In this document: positions 8,676 to 20,411 of the stretch, one piece after another
How positions within the stretch are numbered: position 1 is the stretch's first letter
Layout: each line of letters opens with the position of its first letter
Source of the DNA: an uncultured Candidatus Saccharibacteria bacterium
GTDB taxonomy: Bacteria > Patescibacteriota > Minisyncoccia > Phycocordibacterales > UBA9973
Length of the DNA stretch: 42,200 bases
Assembly (NCBI GenBank): GCA_964474435.1
Contig: CAYYSI010000001.1
Location: 1 to 42,200, forward strand
Direction of reading: 5' to 3'
Made by a program: the position numbers and the translations under genes
Notes under the pieces: generated by a model
What the model was told of the DNA's origin: nothing
Database searches by the model: none
The model's input: only the letters and a program-made list of their open reading frames with translations

Positions 8676-10399
8676 TGTTTCTCGACTTCCTGCTTTCGCA
8701 GAACATCATAACGGAACTCCAGTACAACAAGGTGGCAACATCACTTGATACTGAATTTGCAGGCAATCTCACCAAGGCATTACTCTCCGTTGGTCTTTCC
8801 GAAGACGGCATGACGATGGCAAAGGGGACATTCTACAAGATCCCGTACCAAAAGATCAATAAAAAAGACGTGACATACGAAGTACTCAAGTATGTCGAAG
8901 AAGATGCCGCTCGTCATTACAAATTTGTGCCGATCGGATTCAATGACGGCGTGCTCTCGATCGGAGTCACCGAGCCCGAAAATATTGAGGCAATGAATGC
9001 GCTCCAGTTTATCTCGGTCAAACTTGAAGTACCGTTCAAAATCTTCCTTATATCGCACTCCGACTATCTCGAGATCCTCGAAAACTACAAGGCACTCACC
9101 AATGAAGTCGACAATGCAGTCGGAGAGCTCAATGATGAGCTTGAGCAAGCAAATGTTGCCGTCGGCAAAGGTGCAGAGGTCATCGAAAAAGTTGATGCTA
9201 CAAAGCAGGTCAAAATCGTTGAGGATGCACCAATCATCAAGATTGTGGCGGTCATTATCAACCACGCTGTCGAAGGGGGAGCATCTGACATCCACATCGA
9301 AAACAATGGTGAGTCGGTCAAGGTTCGCTATCGTGTCGATGGGACACTCCACACGACACTCGTACTCCCGCTCAACACATTTGACGGTATTATTGCGCGT
9401 ATCAAAATCCTCTCAAAACTTCGTCTCGACGAAAAGCGCAAACCACAAGACGGCTCGTTTGTGACCATGATCGACAAGCGCAAGATTGAGTTTCGCGTTT
9501 CGACATTCCCCGCATACTTTGGAGAAAAGGTCGTGATGCGTATTCTCGACTCTGATCACGGAGTGAAATCGATCGACGACCTCGACATGACACCCGAGCA
9601 CAAGAAAATTGTTCAGGATATTTTGAAGCGTCCATATGGACTCGTGCTTATCTCTGGTCCAACAGGATCTGGTAAATCAACGACACTCTACTCAATGCTC
9701 AACGCAGTGGATCGCGAAGGTTCAAATGTCGTCTCACTCGAAGATCCAGTTGAATATCAGATCCCAGGAGTGACACAGTCTCAGGTGATGCCAGAAATCG
9801 GTTACACGTTTGCAACAGGACTCAGGTCAATCCTCCGACAAGACCCAAACATCATCATGGTGGGAGAGATCCGCGACAAGGAAACTGCAGAGCTTGCGAT
9901 CCAGGCGGCTCTCACGGGTCACCTCGTATTCTCAACAATCCACACCAACACCTCGATCGGTATTGTGCCGCGACTTGTGGACATGGGTATTGATCCGTAT
10001 TTGATCGCGCCAACACTTATCCTCGCGATGGCGCAACGTCTCGTGCGCCGCGTGCATCCAAGTGCACGACACGAAGTACCTATCGATGCCGCAACCCAAG
10101 AAATGCTCGACAAAGAATTTGGAGATCTGGATCCCAAGTATCGAGATTTGCTCAATATCCCAAAGACTATGTATGAGGCAAAACCCTCATCAGAGGCACC
10201 CTCGATGACGCATGGGCGTATTGCAGTGTTTGAAATGTTTCCGCTCGACAAGGATATTCAACAAGTTATCTTGAAAAATCCTGTCGAACAAGAGATTTAC
10301 AAGGCATGTCGCACAAAAGGCATGATCACGCTTCGCGAAGACGCGCTCTTAAAGGCGCTCAAAGGAGATGTCCTCATGCAAGAGGTCTACGGGCTATAG
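8675..10399 (+). CDS. pilB: Type IV pilus extension ATPase PilB/GspE
   Basis: MshEN-like N-domain, ASDIHIE, Walker A GPTGSGKST, LEDPVEY, RQDPNIIMVGEIRD. Confidence 0.95.
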   Translation: MFLDFLLSQNIITELQYNKVATSLDTEFAGNLTKALLSVGLSEDGMTMAKGTFYKIPYQKINKKDVTYEVLKYVEEDAARHYKFVPIGFNDGVLSIGVTEPENIEAMNALQFISVKLEVPFKIFLISHSDYLEILENYKALTNEVDNAVGELNDELEQANVAVGKGAEVIEKVDATKQVKIVEDAPIIKIVAVIINHAVEGGASDIHIENNGESVKVRYRVDGTLHTTLVLPLNTFDGIIARIKILSKLRLDEKRKPQDGSFVTMIDKRKIEFRVSTFPAYFGEKVVMRILDSDHGVKSIDDLDMTPEHKKIVQDILKRPYGLVLISGPTGSGKSTTLYSMLNAVDREGSNVVSLEDPVEYQIPGVTQSQVMPEIGYTFATGLRSILRQDPNIIMVGEIRDKETAELAIQAALTGHLVFSTIHTNTSIGIVPRLVDMGIDPYLIAPTLILAMAQRLVRRVHPSARHEVPIDAATQEMLDKEFGDLDPKYRDLLNIPKTMYEAKPSSEAPSMTHGRIAVFEMFPLDKDIQQVILKNPVEQEIYKACRTKGMITLREDALLKALKGDVLMQEVYGL

Positions 10400-10435
10400 A
10401 CGAAAGGGAACAACTGGGAGTATACTGATACTACT

Positions 10436-10846
10436 ATGGATGCAACGACACCAAACACAGAAAAGCAGAAAAACATTTTGATCGTTGACGATGACTCATT
10501 CCTCCTCGACATGTACGCAATGCGATTTAGTCAGGCACATTTCAATGTCACCACCGCTATGAGTGCGTCAGACACACTGACCAAGCTTCGCGGAGGATTG
10601 AATCCCGATATCATGTTGCTCGACGTCGTCATGCCTGCAGTGGACGGATTTGAACTTTTGGAAACGATCAACAAAGAAGGCCTCGTACCAAAGGCAGTCA
10701 AGATCTATCTCTCAAACCTCGGGCAGGACCAAGACATCGAACGCGGAAAAAGTTTGGGAGCAGCAAGTTATATCGTCAAGGCAAACTCAACTCCCAGTGA
10801 AGTGGTCGCACATGTGCTCGAAGTAATGAAGGAAAAAGGAATATAA
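10436..10846 (+). CDS. Single-domain CheY-like response regulator
   Basis: ILIVDDD, LLDVVMP (phospho-Asp), LSN, YIVK motifs; no output domain. Confidence 0.92.
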   Translation: MDATTPNTEKQKNILIVDDDSFLLDMYAMRFSQAHFNVTTAMSASDTLTKLRGGLNPDIMLLDVVMPAVDGFELLETINKEGLVPKAVKIYLSNLGQDQDIERGKSLGAASYIVKANSTPSEVVAHVLEVMKEKGI

Positions 10847-10848
10847 GT

Positions 10849-11907
10849 ATGGAATATAAAAAAACATTCGAAGAACTTATCGACACCCTCATCCGAGAAG
10901 AAGGATCTGACCTTCACTTGGCGACGGGGCGATTCCCGGCAGTTCGCGTCAACGGCGAACTTATCTTTTTGATGAACCGTCCTGCGCTCACCCAGGACGA
11001 CATGATCGGATTTCTCCAGGCCATCCTCAGCCCTGAGCACTACAAACATTTCCAAGACATCCAAGAACTCGACTTTTCATACGAATACCAAGGCACGATC
11101 CGTCTGCGTGGCAATGTCTACGTCCAGCAAAGCAAATACGTCATGGTCTTGCGACTCATCCCGCATGTCAAAACGCTCCAGGAACTCAACCTGCCCACTA
11201 TTCTTGCAGATTTTGCACGACGCAAACAAGGATTCTTTCTCTGTGTGGGACCAGTGGGGCAAGGCAAGAGTGCAACACTCTCTGCTATGGTTGGCTTGAT
11301 CAATGAAGAGCGCGCAGCGCATATTTTGACGATCGAGGACCCTGTTGAATACGTGTATGAACAAAAAAAGGCAATCATTGACCAGCGTGAAGTTGGTATT
11401 GATACGGTAGATTTTGCCAGAGCACTGCACAGTGCATTTCGTGAAGACGTCAACGTCATGCTCATCGGAGAAATGCGCGACGCAGAGACGATCAGTGCTG
11501 CAGTCACTGCTGCAGAAACAGGACACTTGGTGCTCTCGACACTTCACACCAACAACGCATCCCAAACAGTGGATCGTATTATCGACTCATTCCCAGCAGC
11601 TCAGCAAGACCAGATCCGCATACAACTTGCATCATCGTTGATCGGTATTTTCTCCCAACGACTCGTGCCACGCATCGCCGGAGGTCGCGTGCCTGCATAT
11701 GAGCTCCTCATCAACAACAACGCCGTTGCAAATCTCATTCGCGAAAAGCGCACCCACGAGATCGACATGGTGATCGAGACGGGGTTTGAGCTCGGCATGA
11801 TCGACATGAACCGCTCATTGGTTGACCTCGTCCGCCAAGGAGAAATCACCGTTGAAAATGCGTACGCGTACTCTATTAATCCAAAAAATCTCGAACGATT
11901 ACTATAA
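10849..11907 (+). CDS. pilT: Type IV pilus retraction ATPase PilT
   Basis: SDLHL, Walker A GPVGQGKS, TIEDPVEY, GEMRD, AETGHLVLSTLHT, AVANLIRE (AIRNLIRE motif). Confidence 0.95.
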   Translation: MEYKKTFEELIDTLIREEGSDLHLATGRFPAVRVNGELIFLMNRPALTQDDMIGFLQAILSPEHYKHFQDIQELDFSYEYQGTIRLRGNVYVQQSKYVMVLRLIPHVKTLQELNLPTILADFARRKQGFFLCVGPVGQGKSATLSAMVGLINEERAAHILTIEDPVEYVYEQKKAIIDQREVGIDTVDFARALHSAFREDVNVMLIGEMRDAETISAAVTAAETGHLVLSTLHTNNASQTVDRIIDSFPAAQQDQIRIQLASSLIGIFSQRLVPRIAGGRVPAYELLINNNAVANLIREKRTHEIDMVIETGFELGMIDMNRSLVDLVRQGEITVENAYAYSINPKNLERLL

Positions 11908-11913
11908 CCTATT

Positions 11914-13122
11914 ATGAATTTCACCTACCAAGCACTCACTGACAAAGGAGAGAAACGCGACGGCATGATCGAAGCGGTCAATCGTGACCTTGCAGTTGCA
12001 GGTTTGCAGCGCCGCGGACTGATCGTAACCTCTATCAAAGATGAGAAAGAAGCAAAGAAATGGTTTGAGATGTCGATCTACGAAAAGATCCCGATGAAGC
12101 AGGTCGTCATTCTTTCGCGTCAGATCTCGACACTCTTTGAAGCACAAGTGTCAGCGCTCAAGGCATTCACACTCCTTGCAGAAAATAGTCAAAACAAACT
12201 CCTCGGCAGCAAACTCTCGCAAGTGGTTACTGATCTCCAAGGAGGTTCATCGATTGCAAACGCACTCGCAAAACACCCCGATGTCTTTTCTGACTTTTAT
12301 GTGAACATGGTCAAGGCTGGTGAAGAGTCTGGAAAGCTCACCCAAGTTTTCTCCTACATGGCGGACTACCTCGATCGTCAGTACGCACTTACATCCAAGA
12401 CCAAGCACGCACTCGTCTACCCAGCATTCGTTATTGGTATCTTCATCGCCGTCATGGTGCTCATGTTTACGGTCGTTGTGCCGAAACTCTCTGCGATCAT
12501 TACAGAGTCAGGCCAAGATGTGCCGTTTTATACCAAGATCGTCATGGCGATCAGTAGCTTCCTCGTCCACTACGGCATATTCCTTCTTATTGGAGTTGTT
12601 GTGTTTATCGCATACCTTATTCGACTTTCACGAACGAAACGTGGCAAACAAATCCTCGATGAAGCGCGCCTCGGCATCCCAGTGGTGGGCAACCTGTACC
12701 AAAAGCTCTATCTCGCACGTATTGCAGACAACATGGACACTATGCTCTCCTCTGGTATTCCGATCATTCGATCGATCGAGATCACTGCGCGCGTCGTAGG
12801 GAACAAACGCTACGAAACAGTCATGCTCGAAGCCATGGAGGCAGTGAAAAGTGGTAAGGCACTCTCTGCAGCACTCGCGCTCCATCCAACCGAGATCCCA
12901 AAGATCATGACACAGATCATCCTGGTTGGAGAAGAAACGGGAAGTATGGGATCAATTTTGAAAATGCTTGCGAAGTTTTACAACCGCGAAGTTGATGAAG
13001 CCGTCGATACTTTGGTTGGACTCATTGAACCGTTTATGATCATTTCCCTTGGTATTGGTGTTGGACTCCTCCTCGTATCAATCCTCGTACCGATCTACAA
13101 CATCGCAGGTGGTATTAGCTAA
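11914..13122 (+). CDS. pilC: Type IV pilus platform protein PilC/GspF
   Basis: Two GspF domains (AGEESGKL, VGEETGSM), ALVYP, LIEP motifs, three TM segments. Confidence 0.95.
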   Translation: MNFTYQALTDKGEKRDGMIEAVNRDLAVAGLQRRGLIVTSIKDEKEAKKWFEMSIYEKIPMKQVVILSRQISTLFEAQVSALKAFTLLAENSQNKLLGSKLSQVVTDLQGGSSIANALAKHPDVFSDFYVNMVKAGEESGKLTQVFSYMADYLDRQYALTSKTKHALVYPAFVIGIFIAVMVLMFTVVVPKLSAIITESGQDVPFYTKIVMAISSFLVHYGIFLLIGVVVFIAYLIRLSRTKRGKQILDEARLGIPVVGNLYQKLYLARIADNMDTMLSSGIPIIRSIEITARVVGNKRYETVMLEAMEAVKSGKALSAALALHPTEIPKIMTQIILVGEETGSMGSILKMLAKFYNREVDEAVDTLVGLIEPFMIISLGIGVGLLLVSILVPIYNIAGGIS

Positions 13123-13137
13123 ACAGTGGAAATCTGG

Positions 13138-13168
13138 TTGCGCACTCTATACACGAGCGTGATATACT
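13138..13168 (+). promoter_or_regulatory. Putative promoter of first pilin (extended -10)
   Basis: TGa-TATACT at 13160-13168; ttgcgc at 13138-13143 (spacer 19, so -35 uncertain). Confidence 0.5.
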
Positions 13169-13235
13169 CTATACATTACAAAGGGATTTGTAATAATCGA
13201 TTATTAAAAATTCAAAATATTAAGATTACTATAGT

Positions 13236-13718
13236 ATGAAAAAGAAATTACAAAGCGGTTTCACCCTCATCGAACTCTTGGTGGTGATCGCAATTATCGG
13301 GATTCTCGCGTCAGTGGTTCTCGCCTCACTCAACACTGCTCGTGCAAAGGGTGCTGATGCAGCTGTAAAAGCAAACCTTGCAAACGTTCGTCCTCAGGCA
13401 GAAATCTTTTACGACGGAACAGGTAATAGTACATATGGTACTGCAGCTGCCGCTGCCGCTGCAACATGTAGCGCATCGACATTCCTTGATGCAACTGCTC
13501 GTGCAGGTGTCGCAGCAGCAGTTACTGCTTCTGGAGGTAGTGCTTCTACTGATCAGCGTTGTGCAATTGGAGTCGGTGGTGCAAGTTGGGCTGCTTCAGT
13601 TCCTCTTAAGACAAACACTGCAACTGCTATCTGTGTTGATAGTAGTGGTCAAGCTAAAACAACAACTACGGCCACTCCAGCATTGGGAGGAGGCACAGCT
13701 GTGGCTATTTGTCCGTAA
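13236..13718 (+). CDS. Type IV pilin 1 (probable major pilin)
   Basis: G|FTLIELLVVIAIIGIL; C-terminal ICVDSSG...ICP cysteines; own upstream promoter and downstream terminator. Confidence 0.93.
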   Translation: MKKKLQSGFTLIELLVVIAIIGILASVVLASLNTARAKGADAAVKANLANVRPQAEIFYDGTGNSTYGTAAAAAAATCSASTFLDATARAGVAAAVTASGGSASTDQRCAIGVGGASWAASVPLKTNTATAICVDSSGQAKTTTTATPALGGGTAVAICP

Positions 13719-13735
13719 TCTTCTCAAGGTTACTG

Positions 13736-13775
13736 ACAACAAAAAAACCACTCAACAGAGTGGTTTTTTTGTTGT
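13736..13775. terminator. Intrinsic terminator after pilin 1
   Basis: Perfect 18-bp inverted repeat acaacaaaaaaaccactc-aaca-gagtggtttttttgttgt. Confidence 0.85.
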
Positions 13776-13786
13776 ATACTTTTCGT

Positions 13787-14290
13787 ATGAAAAAGAAATT
13801 ACAAGCAGGCTTTACGCTCATTGAATTATTGGTAGTTATCGCAATTATTGGGGTACTTGCGGCTGTAATACTTGCGTCACTTAATAGTGCTCGAAGCAAA
13901 GGAAAGGTTGCAACCGTAAAAGCTGATATGGCCAACGCTCGGACTCAAGCAGCTCTCTATGCTGATAGTAATACTGGCGTTGCAAATGATAGTGATGCAA
14001 ACGCTTTAACTAGTGGTTATGCCGGTGTCTGTGGCGCAGGCGTAAATGTAAAAGGTATTGCATCCTTTAAGACAGGGGCGGACGCAGTGGATGGGACATC
14101 ATCTATATGTAATGACTCAGTACTTGCGTGGGCATGGGCGATCCGTTTGGGATCAACGCCGTATACATACTGGTGTGCCGACTCCACAGGAGTTTCGCGC
14201 GGAGCAACGGCAAGTGGCACGTTGTACACCGGATCTTCTGGAAGTAGTACGACTGCACTTCCAACATCTCTTTCTACCTATTGTAATTAA
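13787..14290 (+). CDS. Type IV pilin 2
   Basis: Start reassigned to MKKKLQAG|FTLIE at 13787 (track start 13709 runs through the terminator); YWCADSTG and terminal YCN. Confidence 0.92.
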   Translation: MKKKLQAGFTLIELLVVIAIIGVLAAVILASLNSARSKGKVATVKADMANARTQAALYADSNTGVANDSDANALTSGYAGVCGAGVNVKGIASFKTGADAVDGTSSICNDSVLAWAWAIRLGSTPYTYWCADSTGVSRGATASGTLYTGSSGSSTTALPTSLSTYCN

Positions 14291-14298
14291 TATATTGT

Positions 14299-14823
14299 AT
14301 GAAAAACAAATCCAAAGGCTTCACCCTCATCGAACTTCTTGTTGTTATTGCCATTATCGGTATTCTCGCGTCAGTAGTGCTTGCATCGCTCAATAGTGCA
14401 CGTAATAAAAGCAAAGATGCGAAAATTGTCGCTCAACTCAAATCAATGATTCCGCAGGCGCAGCTGTATACAGGACAAGTCGAACAGGTGTATTGGGCAA
14501 CAGCTGCAACGGGGGTTCCCGAAGGAAGTGTAGGAGCAAATCTTTTTACAAATTCCACAGCTTCAACAAATAGTCTGTATCGGCTTGCAACTGGATTTCC
14601 ATCTGGAACCTTTATTTATTATTCAACAGAACCAAAAACACCTGCAAATGGAGGACGATGGGCAATTGCAGCAGCAACATCAAAAGGATCATATTGTGTG
14701 GACTACACAAATGCAGCAATAACCAAGACTGGCACATTTACTGGGGCAACAAAATTTACAGAATATCCAAATCTCGATTACGCACCATCAAATCCTACAA
14801 AACCCGCATATTTGTGCAACTAG
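14299..14823 (+). CDS. Type IV pilin 3
   Basis: MKNKSKG|FTLIELLVVIAIIG; YCVDYT and terminal LCN. Confidence 0.92.
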   Translation: MKNKSKGFTLIELLVVIAIIGILASVVLASLNSARNKSKDAKIVAQLKSMIPQAQLYTGQVEQVYWATAATGVPEGSVGANLFTNSTASTNSLYRLATGFPSGTFIYYSTEPKTPANGGRWAIAAATSKGSYCVDYTNAAITKTGTFTGATKFTEYPNLDYAPSNPTKPAYLCN

Positions 14824-14861
14824 TGGAAAAGTATTAAGCATACACATGCTATACTAAACAC

Positions 14862-15650
14862 ATGCTTTTATTGCCGCTTATTATTTTCGCATTCGGCTTA
14901 CTCATCGGATCTTTTTTAAACGTCGTTATCTTGCGTATCAACACGGGGCGATCCATTGTCATCGGGCGTTCCAAGTGCGCGCGCTGCAATCGTGAGCTCG
15001 CATGGTATGAGCTCGTCCCAGTCTTTTCATTCCTCGGTCTCCGCGGCAAATGTCGCACGTGCAAACAACCGATCTCATTTCAATACGCACTCGTTGAGCT
15101 CGCAACAGCAATCATCTTTGTCGTTGCATATACACAGATCGTCGTAGCGGGAGGTTTCACTGCCACAGCGATCATTTCATACATATTTACCCTGATCATC
15201 GCGAGTTTGTTGATGGTGATCACTATCTATGACCTCCGCCACAAGATCATTCCCGACATGGTTGTCTATCCATTTATTGTGCTCGCTATCGGATCAATCG
15301 TATGGCGTGCAGTGACAGTGCCATATTTCCATATATGGGGCGCATTGCTCGGGGGAACACTTGTGGCATTACCATTTTTCTTGCTCTGGTATTTCTCAAA
15401 AGGGCGACTCATGGGATTTGGCGATGTGAAGCTCATGCTTGGTATTGGGTGGCTCGTCGGACTCACTGCTGGCTTTGCTGTGCTCGTGCTCGGATTTTGG
15501 ATCGGAGGTATCGTCGGACTTTTCTTGCTTGCGCTCACACGACGCTATGGCATGAAAAGTCAGATACCGTTTGGACCCTTTTTAGTAGTTGCACTTGGCA
15601 TAGTCGCACTCTGGGGTGTTACAATTAGTTCACTCTTTCCACTATGGTAA
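14862..15650 (+). CDS. pilD: Prepilin peptidase PilD (A24)
   Basis: GSFLNVVILR, two CxxC (CARC, CRTC), IYDLRHKIIPD and GFGDVKL aspartate motifs, IPFGPFL. Confidence 0.95.
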   Translation: MLLLPLIIFAFGLLIGSFLNVVILRINTGRSIVIGRSKCARCNRELAWYELVPVFSFLGLRGKCRTCKQPISFQYALVELATAIIFVVAYTQIVVAGGFTATAIISYIFTLIIASLLMVITIYDLRHKIIPDMVVYPFIVLAIGSIVWRAVTVPYFHIWGALLGGTLVALPFFLLWYFSKGRLMGFGDVKLMLGIGWLVGLTAGFAVLVLGFWIGGIVGLFLLALTRRYGMKSQIPFGPFLVVALGIVALWGVTISSLFPLW

Positions 15651-16333
15651 AACACTCATTACAACAAGGTGTCACGATTATCGAAATGCTCGTCGTCGTT
15701 GCAATCATTGCAATGGTTTCAGGTGTGATTATTTTTAACTACTCGGACTTTAGTACCAACGTTTCTATTCGTAACCTTACCCAAGAAGTCGCGCTCAGTA
15801 TCCGCAAGGCGCAGACCTATGCGACCAGTGTGCGTCCAATCGAAGGACTCGTAGGAGTCAGTAGTCGTGAGTTCGCAGGGTATGGAGCATCATTTAGTGT
15901 TGCGCGTGATGTTGGGAGCGATCAGTATCTTGCGGATGCAAAGAAATTTATCTTGTTTGCAGATATACCGCTCGTATTTGGTGAAAGTCCCAATGGGGCA
16001 TATGATCAAGAGATCAACGGTGTGTGTGATGCGCCTTTGGCATCTATGGAGTGTATCGAAACATTTGGTATAAATACTGCTGATCGGATCGTTGGTATTT
16101 GTAGTGACGATGTTACACCGTATGACTCTGGATCAATGATTGACTGCTCAGACAAAGGGAGTGTTGATATTACATTCCTTCGCCCAAATCCTGATGCGCA
16201 TATCAGATATCACAATGAAGCCACTAATGAGACTATCGAAAACGCATCATATGCAAAGATTGTCTTTGAGTCTGCAAAAGGGCTTCGTCGATCAGTCACT
16301 GTCTGGAATACGGGGCAGATTAGTGTGCGATAA
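15644..16333 (+). CDS. Minor pilin (FimT/FimU/GspH-like)
   Basis: G|VTIIEMLVVV; C-terminal SVTVWNTGQISVR typical of the GspH-like class. Confidence 0.8.
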   Translation: MVKHSLQQGVTIIEMLVVVAIIAMVSGVIIFNYSDFSTNVSIRNLTQEVALSIRKAQTYATSVRPIEGLVGVSSREFAGYGASFSVARDVGSDQYLADAKKFILFADIPLVFGESPNGAYDQEINGVCDAPLASMECIETFGINTADRIVGICSDDVTPYDSGSMIDCSDKGSVDITFLRPNPDAHIRYHNEATNETIENASYAKIVFESAKGLRRSVTVWNTGQISVR

Positions 16334-16339
16334 TTATTT

Positions 16340-16960
16340 ATGATGAAATTTTCTCAACCACAATCACATACACAGGCAGGGTTCACACTTGTGGAGCTCA
16401 TGGTGTCGCTCTCACTTTTTATTATCGTCGTTCTCGCGCTCGTCGGCTCGCTGTACAATGTTAACGACGCATCACGCAAAGTCCAGGCAATGCGTACCGT
16501 CATGGACAACCTTAACTTTGCTGTTGAATCCATGAGTCGCACGATTCGTACTGGTGAAGACATCACGTGTAGTGAGTCTGGTATCGGCATATGTCCTATT
16601 GCTAGTATTACAAATGGGTCAAATCCGTACCTCTCAGTACGCAGTACGCTTGGAGAGAATGCGCGCATCGAATATCGATGGGTGCATGATGACCCTAGTC
16701 AGCCTGGCAGAGTCGAAAAGAAGCGCACTGAACTCAATGATGATGGTACACCAGTACTTGGTGCAAGTCCTACATGGGTCTCAATCACGTCTCCAGAGAT
16801 CAATGTTGAAAAGTTTAGTTTCTATGTCGCTGGTGTTGGCGACAATGACGGTGAACAACCAAATGTTATTATAAACATGCAAGGAGTGGCGAGTGCAGGT
16901 CGAGACAACGTCGCACCGTTTTCAATACAAACATTCCTCTCGCAGAGAGCACCTGAGTGA
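16340..16960 (+). CDS. Minor pilin (PilW/GspJ-like)
   Basis: G|FTLVELMVS; ESMSRTIRTG helix. Confidence 0.8.
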   Translation: MMKFSQPQSHTQAGFTLVELMVSLSLFIIVVLALVGSLYNVNDASRKVQAMRTVMDNLNFAVESMSRTIRTGEDITCSESGIGICPIASITNGSNPYLSVRSTLGENARIEYRWVHDDPSQPGRVEKKRTELNDDGTPVLGASPTWVSITSPEINVEKFSFYVAGVGDNDGEQPNVIINMQGVASAGRDNVAPFSIQTFLSQRAPE

Positions 16961-17546
16961 TCTATATGATGAAAAAATACACCCAACAATCAGGCTTCAC
17001 CCTCATCGAGACATTGATCGCGATTCTCATTCTTTCGCTCGCAATCGGCGCGTTGCTCACACTCACTGCAGGAGGATTCTTTGGTATTCGCTATGCGAAA
17101 AATGATATCGTCGCAAGCAACCTACTGCAGGAGTCGCTCGAGTACGTGCGCAATAGTCGCGACAATGCTGCGCAATCAGATAGTGGGACGAGCTGGGGCA
17201 TCTGGCAGTCTCGGTATGCAGCATGTGCCTCTGACGATGGTTGTATGATCAACCCGTATGCAGATACTGATGGAGGCAAAGTACAACTATGTCCTGGCAA
17301 GTGTACTCAGTTGAAATATTTTCCTGACGCAGGCTTTTATGGGTACAATGACACTGATATATTTAACACGACAATGGATCAAGGGTTTGCCACATCGTTT
17401 GTTCGTACGGTGCGCTTTACCGATATTGCTCCGACAGGTATCAATGTCGATCCACAACTCCTTGTCACCGCGACAATGGAATGGATGAATGGGACAAACA
17501 AGAAATCAACGACGCAGTCGATAGTACTCACGAGATGGAATTTACA

Positions 17547-17550
<4 letters not shown>
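16957..17550 (+). CDS. Minor pilin (PilV/GspI-like)
   Basis: G|FTLIETLIAI; ASNLLQESLEYVRN; alternative ATG at 16966. Confidence 0.8.
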
Positions 17551-20053
<2,503 letters not shown>

Positions 20054-20122
20054 AAAACAATATAAATCTCCTCTGTCAATACAATCCCCAAAACCCTCAT
20101 ATTCTGCTATAGTTGTTCCTAT

Positions 20123-20398
20123 ATGGATATTGCTCAGGTACAGAAATTGGCGCAGCTTGCCAGAATTACTGTTTCTCAAGAAGAACTAGAGTCTTTTGCA
20201 AAAGATATTGGCAATATCATCGGCTTTGTTGATCGTGTACGCACAGTGACACTTGATACTGTGCCAAGTACTACTGGAAGCGCTGTAAACGTATTTCGTG
20301 CAGATGTTGTTGATCCGATCTCGAGCGCATATGACCTCGTCGAGTGTGCGTCACTGCATCAGGATCATTTTGTAAAAGTGCCTAAAGTGCTCGAATAA
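20123..20398 (+). CDS. gatC: Asp/Glu-tRNA amidotransferase subunit C
   Basis: VQKLAQLARI, NVFRADV, FVKVPKVL; precedes gatA. Confidence 0.9.
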   Translation: MDIAQVQKLAQLARITVSQEELESFAKDIGNIIGFVDRVRTVTLDTVPSTTGSAVNVFRADVVDPISSAYDLVECASLHQDHFVKVPKVLE

Positions 20399-20411
20399 CT
20401 GTTTCATTTCT

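Noticed and set aside
13709-13786. N-terminal extension of pilin 2 in the ORF track
   Set aside because: Runs through the terminator hairpin; the pilin leader begins at 13787
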